Virus record (IMG/VR): IMGVR_UViG_3300011008_000003
Strand: one strand, 5' to 3'
DNA: 64,000 nucleotides
Source: a virus
Taxonomy: Duplodnaviria > Heunggongvirae > Uroviricota > Caudoviricetes
Shown in pieces: positions 58,633 through 64,000 of the stretch. Under the pieces are notes generated by a model. It searched no databases. It worked only from the letters and a program-made list of their open reading frames with translations, and was not told where the DNA came from. The first letter of the stretch is position 1. Each line of letters starts with the position of its first letter. A program made the translations under genes and the position numbers.

Positions 58633-58718
58633 TATTAAACTCCTTAATTATTTTATATTATTTATAAGAAAAGCTGACCTTATTCAGACCAGCTTTAAGG
58701 AATAATAATATGAAAGAT

Positions 58719-59837
58719 CTAGCAAACAACTACATGGACATTGTAAAGATACTTTTCAACGATTCCGACTAGTTTTTCAAACTTAATCTTATCGAGAGTA
58801 GTAATAATTCTCGGATTTTCATTCTCAGTATACTTAATTGGATGCTTCCAGAGATTACACTTCTGAATTTCTCTCTTAGTCTTGATGAAATTGATAACCG
58901 TGTCGAAACGTTCCTTAGTCAAATACTTTCGGACATTCTTACACATATATTCAAGCGTATCTGCGAGTTCCTTAGACTTGTCCTTACTCGTCATAGCAAA
59001 GAACCAGAAAATCGCATGGTCCTGAATCGGCTGGAAATCACAGCTGATGTCATAAGTAAGCCCACGCTTCTCACGGAGTTCGTTCGTCATAGGGCTGGAA
59101 CGACCGAACGTAAGCATGTGAGACGCAATAAGAAGATACTGAAAATCTGAACGCTTGAGCACCTTCTTTCCATAAGCATAAACCTGAGCCTTATCGCCCT
59201 TGGCAACCGGCATAATTTCCTTCTTAGTCGCCTTGAACTTCGGAGAGACCTGCTTAGGAAGTTCAGTACAATATTCAATACCCTTGAATTCTGTCCATTC
59301 CTTACCGACTTCGACAATTCGTAACGGATGCATGAAAACATCGTTATACATCTTCTTCGCGTCTTCGTAAGTGAAATTCTTAATGTCTTCTACAAATCCA
59401 CCTGGTTCGACAAGGTTATAATACTTATAGAAGTTATTCAAAATGTTTCCGTCAACAGGATCATCGTAACAGTCAGTAATTTCCTGAATGACGATATTCT
59501 TTTCGGTTTCGAACTCTTCCTTAGTAATAGAATCAAACCCTGACAACAAATCGCTTACGAGCTGCTGTTTAAATTCTCTTGGAAGTTTTGATTCCAATCC
59601 CCTGAAGAAAAATTCTACATAATTAAAACAGGTTTCGGCGTTAAACTCGATACAGTCATTAAGGAAGCGTTCTTCGTACTTATCAACCAATTTACAGATA
59701 AGATGTTCCATCAAATGCGATACGCCGTGCTTTCCTTCCGGTTCATAAATTGAACCTGCCGGATATACCAATGTAAGAGAAGTAAATTCAGATTTCTGTT
59801 GTGCCCTGTGAATATAGCCAGAAAGTATTTTAGTCAT
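58719..59837 (-). CDS. M16 (insulinase-family) zinc peptidase
   Basis: HGVSHLMEH (HxxEH), FNAET, EKNIVIQE, ELREKRGLTY. Confidence 0.85.
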   Translation of the reverse strand: MTKILSGYIHRAQQKSEFTSLTLVYPAGSIYEPEGKHGVSHLMEHLICKLVDKYEERFLNDCIEFNAETCFNYVEFFFRGLESKLPREFKQQLVSDLLSGFDSITKEEFETEKNIVIQEITDCYDDPVDGNILNNFYKYYNLVEPGGFVEDIKNFTYEDAKKMYNDVFMHPLRIVEVGKEWTEFKGIEYCTELPKQVSPKFKATKKEIMPVAKGDKAQVYAYGKKVLKRSDFQYLLIASHMLTFGRSSPMTNELREKRGLTYDISCDFQPIQDHAIFWFFAMTSKDKSKELADTLEYMCKNVRKYLTKERFDTVINFIKTKREIQKCNLWKHPIKYTENENPRIITTLDKIKFEKLVGIVEKYLYNVHVVVC

Positions 59838-60193
59838 TATAAACCCAATTTTTCCTTTAATTCATTATCGTGTTCTTCGTCGTAATCTTCCTTCATAAGA
59901 TGCTTGCGGATTTCATCGACTGTCATGTTTGTAATATCTATATCGTCGACGAACTGGGCAAGGAAATCTTTATCAAAACTGAATGAAGTCTCGTAATAAG
60001 CAAAATTCTTTACTGACTCGGATCTATCGGTATCTTTATATTTAAATCCGGCGTCAACCCACTTATAATTGTCCTTTTCAACGGTGGCAAAGGATTCCGG
60101 GTTTTTAAATGAACGATGCAGGAACAAATCGAAATTCTCGATGTCTTCCTTATGTTGCGGATAGTCCTGCAACAATTTTTCAATGATATACAT
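59837..60193 (-). CDS. Hypothetical protein
   Basis: TAATG-coupled both sides. Confidence 0.65.
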   Translation of the reverse strand: MYIIEKLLQDYPQHKEDIENFDLFLHRSFKNPESFATVEKDNYKWVDAGFKYKDTDRSESVKNFAYYETSFSFDKDFLAQFVDDIDITNMTVDEIRKHLMKEDYDEEHDNELKEKLGL

Positions 60194-60567
60194 TAGATTT
60201 CTACTCCTATTGACTTCTTGAATTCGTCAGAACAATCAGCCTTGGGCAGGAAAATCGTCTTGACGATTTCTTCTGGCTTCTGGGTCGTATGCGAAATCTT
60301 CGTACTGTCGCATTCGAACGGGTTATTGTCACCCTCTACGAACAAGTACGAGAACATAGAACTGAACACCAAATCGAAGTTGTGATAACCATCATTATCC
60401 TTTAGATAAAATTTATAAGAGAATACGCCGTCCATAGTAGTAACGCACAGCTCAGTCATCTGCGGTTCCAACGTCTTCATGAAGTCGTCGTATAACGACT
60501 TGCACAAATCATCATCTGCCAGGCAGATACCACAAGAAAACAGGATAATGAACAATATTTTCTTCAT
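60193..60567 (-). CDS. Secreted protein (signal peptide), leaderless
   Basis: MKKILFIILFSCGICLA-DD; TTTACG-17-TATATT at 60574-60602. Confidence 0.7.
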   Translation of the reverse strand: MKKILFIILFSCGICLADDDLCKSLYDDFMKTLEPQMTELCVTTMDGVFSYKFYLKDNDGYHNFDLVFSSMFSYLFVEGDNNPFECDSTKISHTTQKPEEIVKTIFLPKADCSDEFKKSIGVEI

Positions 60568-60617
60568 ATACTAAATATAACAATAATCTACGATAACGTA
60601 AACCCTTATTAAATAAA

Positions 60618-60640
60618 AGAACCGGGAATTTCCCGGTTCT
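60618..60640 (-). terminator. Intrinsic terminator
   Basis: AGAACCGGGA-AAT-TCCCGGTTCT followed by T run on minus. Confidence 0.8.
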
Positions 60641-60663
60641 CCGAATGCATTCAGAAGATCTTA

Positions 60664-60723
60664 TTAGACCTTTCCGCCCTTGGCCCAAGGTGGTACATTC
60701 TTCGGATTTGTTTTTTCTGCCAT
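60664..60723 (-). CDS. 19-aa late micropeptide MAEKTNPKNVPPWAKGGKV
   Basis: Own TATAAATA (60741-60748), GGAGG SD, double TAA stop and terminator. Confidence 0.6.
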   Translation of the reverse strand: MAEKTNPKNVPPWAKGGKV

Positions 60724-60821
60724 ATTATCCTCCAATATAATATTTATAAAAAAACATAAATAATATGTGAAAGACGATAAAAAACATTACAGATATTCAG
60801 AATTTGAGCTGTTTATAGCCC

Positions 60822-61634
60822 TTATTTTGATTCTTTGCTGTCTTTTTTCGCTTCTCCACTTTGTATAATCCTATTATAAGTGGCCTCTGTTATAGTAACG
60901 TCGTTTTCTACTACAGATTCCATGCCGTTGTCATGACGGTATTTCATAATATAAGCCGACATTAACCTTTCAGACAAGAACCCGTACAGTCGAGCCTGAT
61001 ACTGGTAAGTATCATTCGGCATATCGTCCTTTACAGGCTTTTCAATATACAATTCACGATAATCGCCGATATGCATCAACATATTCTCGTAATTGTTATT
61101 TACCTTGAGTTTCTTATCGTAAGTAATAAGAACGCTGAACAAAAGCTCACACATCTCGTTGAACATAGCCTTAGGCAAAATGAACATGTTATATGGATAA
61201 TACCTATGGCTATCGCACATTCTGACCATCGCTTCGGCATATTCCGGATGCAATTTCTTCAGAACTACGAGTGTCTGCATCAGGTCGAGAGCGTTATGGT
61301 TAACGAAATACGACATGAAGTTATTAAGCGGGTTGATCAAGGCGGTTGCGACTATCGGTTTCGTAATTTCAGGAATATCGTTCTTGAAATCAAAATACCT
61401 ACGGTAATGGCAGAAACCAATCCAATCATCCTGTAATTCCGGATGTTTCCATACATAATAGATATGTGAAAGTTCAGACCAAAGCCTGTTGTCAAGAAAT
61501 CCGTCCGACTTGACCAATTCCAGCGACGACTCGTTTTTAATATCCTTATCGGAAATCAAACGATAACAAGGATTCGTGATACCGACATCCTTGTAGTCCT
61601 TATGACAGCATACATAAATTTTAAGATTTTGCAT
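60822..61634 (-). CDS. DUF4422 (GT111-like galactofuranosyltransferase), second copy
   Basis: IYVCCHK, WSELSHIYYVWK, IGFCHYRRYF, YNMFI, RLYGFLSERL. Confidence 0.85.
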   Translation of the reverse strand: MQNLKIYVCCHKDYKDVGITNPCYRLISDKDIKNESSLELVKSDGFLDNRLWSELSHIYYVWKHPELQDDWIGFCHYRRYFDFKNDIPEITKPIVATALINPLNNFMSYFVNHNALDLMQTLVVLKKLHPEYAEAMVRMCDSHRYYPYNMFILPKAMFNEMCELLFSVLITYDKKLKVNNNYENMLMHIGDYRELYIEKPVKDDMPNDTYQYQARLYGFLSERLMSAYIMKYRHDNGMESVVENDVTITEATYNRIIQSGEAKKDSKESK

Positions 61635-62388
61635 TTGCACCTAACAAGTTAAGATATTTTTCATTAAACTGAAGCTTATCGTAAAGCATTCGAACCCAGT
61701 TATCCTGTGCCGCAACGGTTTCTTCCCACTGCTTAAAGTTACGCCTCCAAGAAGCACCTTCGACATGGATATACGGCTTAATATCTCCAATATCGACACA
61801 GATACCTCCAGCCTTGATAACGTCCTCATACATAGTCGAGCCGGCGTCATAATAGAAACCCTTAGGGTCACGCTTATCGGCAAGCATGTTAGTATTAACG
61901 AACGATTCGCTGTTCGAAGCCTTGATACGTTCGAAATCGACGAACGGTATATTGTTCTTCTTCAGGAATTCGACATCAATGTAACAGTACCATGGATGTA
62001 CTCGCTTATGGATATGGAATCCGCCTCTGTCACCACAAATATCGCCGTAAAGCTGGATATTCCTGGACTTGACCAAATTGATAAACTTTACCGGGTCAGA
62101 AACACAGAAACAGTCAGAATCAAGCAGAAGCGCATATTTGGTTTTGACCATGCCGATTGCCCGATTCATGGCCTCAGCATGAGAACCGCCCGGATTGTTT
62201 GTATAGGCGATTTTATATTCGTTGAGCATTTCCCTATTAGACTTGTATTCCATCGGGCTATTTTCGAAAATTAACAGATTTTCCTTTGAAAACCCGTATC
62301 GAGCGAGCTGATGTAAGCAGAGCCTAAATTCCTTGTTAGCTTTGTAAGAACAAATAACGACTGTTAAATCTTCAAATTCTTTTCTCAT
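61621..62388 (-). CDS. GT2-family glycosyltransferase
   Basis: TVVICSY, FENS, NPGGSHAEAMN, LLLDSD (DxD), YDAG, HVEGAS. Confidence 0.8.
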   Translation of the reverse strand: MRKEFEDLTVVICSYKANKEFRLCLHQLARYGFSKENLLIFENSPMEYKSNREMLNEYKIAYTNNPGGSHAEAMNRAIGMVKTKYALLLDSDCFCVSDPVKFINLVKSRNIQLYGDICGDRGGFHIHKRVHPWYCYIDVEFLKKNNIPFVDFERIKASNSESFVNTNMLADKRDPKGFYYDAGSTMYEDVIKAGGICVDIGDIKPYIHVEGASWRRNFKQWEETVAAQDNWVRMLYDKLQFNEKYLNLLGANAKS

Positions 62389-62518
62389 ATATTTCCTTCA
62401 CGAAATCACGATTAAATATAGCAAATTTTGATTTATTTATAAAACCGCAAATTTTTTCTAGTTTTCTCATTCTTATAAATAAAATAAGGGAATTCCGACA
62501 TTTTTGAGGCTTTCATAC

Positions 62519-63256
62519 ATGGCATATACACTAAAATACTGTTACGAAATTTATGATTTCTTCAATAAAGATTTCTTCGAGGAAGAACTCGGTAAAAAGT
62601 TAAGTTCTTGCCAAATCGTAACTGATATGGTCGAAGGCGACAAGATTTTCGGAAAACACAACTATGATGGCCTGTCTGGCCTTTCATTGACCCGTAAGGG
62701 CAAAAACTTCATCTGGCTCAACAAGTACCTGTTTGAAAACAAAAAGCTCCTCCTGAATACGATTCTGCACGAAATGATACACCTGTTCGATAATCTCGTC
62801 AACCCGGACGTCAGGTCCTATCGTGCAGGTCACGGAGCATACTGGACAAAGATTGCTAAATTCGCTACTTCCCTTTACGGTCAGCAAATCGGACCTATCG
62901 AACGCTATGCCGACGCTCACGAATCCGAAAGACTGAGCCATTACAAGATGATGAGACATACGAAAACATTGTCGAATGTCTATCTTGTCAAACTGTCCAC
63001 ATGGGATCTCGTTCCTATCAAGGACCTTACAGACGAACAGATTGAAATCCTTAAGGGAACAGACATTATCGGAATCTATAAGGTAAAACCAGGAATCGCC
63101 CAGACGGAAAAGACTCGTGTTCAGCATTATGCAACATTCCAGTCATTATTGGAAGATATTGAGGGCGGATTAACAGAAGAGGAGGAAGAATTGTTCTCCC
63201 ACCTCAGAATCGATGTCACTCAGGACACTACAGTAGTCTGGCTTCGCCGTAAATAA
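62519..63256 (+). CDS. SprT-like zinc metalloprotease (late)
   Basis: FN..FF, TILHEMIH, GHG..W; TATAAATA 62474-62481, GAGG SD. Confidence 0.8.
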   Translation: MAYTLKYCYEIYDFFNKDFFEEELGKKLSSCQIVTDMVEGDKIFGKHNYDGLSGLSLTRKGKNFIWLNKYLFENKKLLLNTILHEMIHLFDNLVNPDVRSYRAGHGAYWTKIAKFATSLYGQQIGPIERYADAHESERLSHYKMMRHTKTLSNVYLVKLSTWDLVPIKDLTDEQIEILKGTDIIGIYKVKPGIAQTEKTRVQHYATFQSLLEDIEGGLTEEEEELFSHLRIDVTQDTTVVWLRRK

Positions 63257-63553
63257 TTACTTACATGGACACGGGTTTCGATACTTAATAAATCGATACC
63301 TATTGTCAGTCACTGCATCCATGGCTTCTTCCGTATAGGAAATGAAGCCTTTTTTCTTCATAGCGACTACGTTAGCGACGATTTCGGCAATAGCCTGCTT
63401 CTGCTCTTCGTCAGTCGGAAGAATAACGCCAGGAGGCGGAACCGGGTCGTCAATATATTCCGTATGTTCCTTAGCCTGTTCGTCGAGATAGATAATCGCT
63501 GGAATTTGGTCACTATAGCAACCGAAGATTTTTCTTAATGTTTCAAGTATCAT
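63257..63553 (-). CDS. Hypothetical protein
   Basis: GAGG SD. Confidence 0.6.
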   Translation of the reverse strand: MILETLRKIFGCYSDQIPAIIYLDEQAKEHTEYIDDPVPPPGVILPTDEEQKQAIAEIVANVVAMKKKGFISYTEEAMDAVTDNRYRFIKYRNPCPCK

Positions 63554-63564
63554 TTTTACCTCAC

Positions 63565-63831
63565 TTATAATTCAATATCACTTAATATCATTCTTTCCAG
63601 TTGTTCCGGAATAGAGGACAACGGCGTAAGGTTATCCTCATTGATATATCTATAAACTTGTGTATTTCCCTTTATATAAAAATATTCAAGTAATGCACTC
63701 TTGTGCATTACTTTAAGACACATGGTCGATGTTTCAGGGGTTTCGTTAAATGTAGCGCAAGTAACCTTGGCTGCAATATTTTCAAATACTGACTTTACTT
63801 CTGAATAACGAGCATTAAAAGAATTATTCAT
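63565..63831 (-). CDS. Hypothetical protein
   Basis: TATAAATA 6 nt upstream of ATG. Confidence 0.6.
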   Translation of the reverse strand: MNNSFNARYSEVKSVFENIAAKVTCATFNETPETSTMCLKVMHKSALLEYFYIKGNTQVYRYINEDNLTPLSSIPEQLERMILSDIEL

Positions 63832-63840
63832 ACCTTTTAT

Positions 63841-63999
63841 TTATAAGGCATGATTCTCCTTATAGCTCGACATATGACGGTTTTCAGTACGTTCCTTAAA
63901 ATATCCAAGCTTAGTGAGGGTCGCTTGGAATTCCTTAAACGGAACTTCGATAGGCAAGCCGAAAATATCGTCTTCCTTGAGTGTCGCGATTTCCTTGTC
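63841..63999 (-). CDS. 3' end of a gene entering from beyond the window
   Basis: Open frame DKEIATLKEDDIFGLP...KENHAL*. Confidence 0.55.
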   Translation of the reverse strand, partial: DKEIATLKEDDIFGLPIEVPFKEFQATLTKLGYFKERTENRHMSSYKENHAL

Positions 64000-64000
64000 A

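Noticed and set aside
1-64000. Genome-wide TAG reassignment (genetic code 15)
   Set aside because: Long genes are intact under code 11, and several genes end in TAG at sensible junctions (e.g. 35658, 52130). Only two internal TAGs were found, reported separately
1-64000. tRNA, rRNA or other structured RNA genes
   Set aside because: Intergenic gaps are short and accounted for by promoters and terminators; I recognised no cloverleaf by eye (tRNAscan-SE/Infernal not run)

Overview
This window looks like a 64-kb slice of a large, T4-like (probably jumbo) lytic bacteriophage genome. It is a densely packed accessory region of about 130 mostly minus-strand genes, with no core replication or structural cluster, and I recognised no rRNA, tRNA or CRISPR array. 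Two promoter classes are readable. The early sigma70-type promoters (TTGACN/TTTACN-17 bp-TATATT) often drive leaderless mRNAs, and 13 of them are built inside a GNRA-type intrinsic-terminator hairpin. The late T4-type promoters are TATAAATA. Recognisable enzymes are: lytic transglycosylase, OFA-type MFS transporter, CCA-adding enzyme, RNA ligase 1, a truncated NAD-dependent DNA ligase, NADAR, patatin, and M16 and SprT peptidases. A glycan-building set is also present (Glf, two DUF4422, Stealth, two GT-A enzymes, two PRTase-HAD fusions), partly in an AT-rich island beside a putative homing endonuclease. Four patterns stand out as unexplained. (1) Late genes encode unrelated proteins sharing a portable '(E/N)A..LL...GY.(I/L)..E' tag that looks like a capsid-targeting and prohead-protease signal. 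(2) About 28 small early proteins from at least three families, two of them tandem paralog arrays, end in the same acidic-leucine C-terminal helix. (3) A fused terminator-promoter cassette punctuates the genome. (4) An early-expressed tail-tube-like protein lacks the assembly hairpin. All functional calls come from motif recognition by eye; no searches were run.
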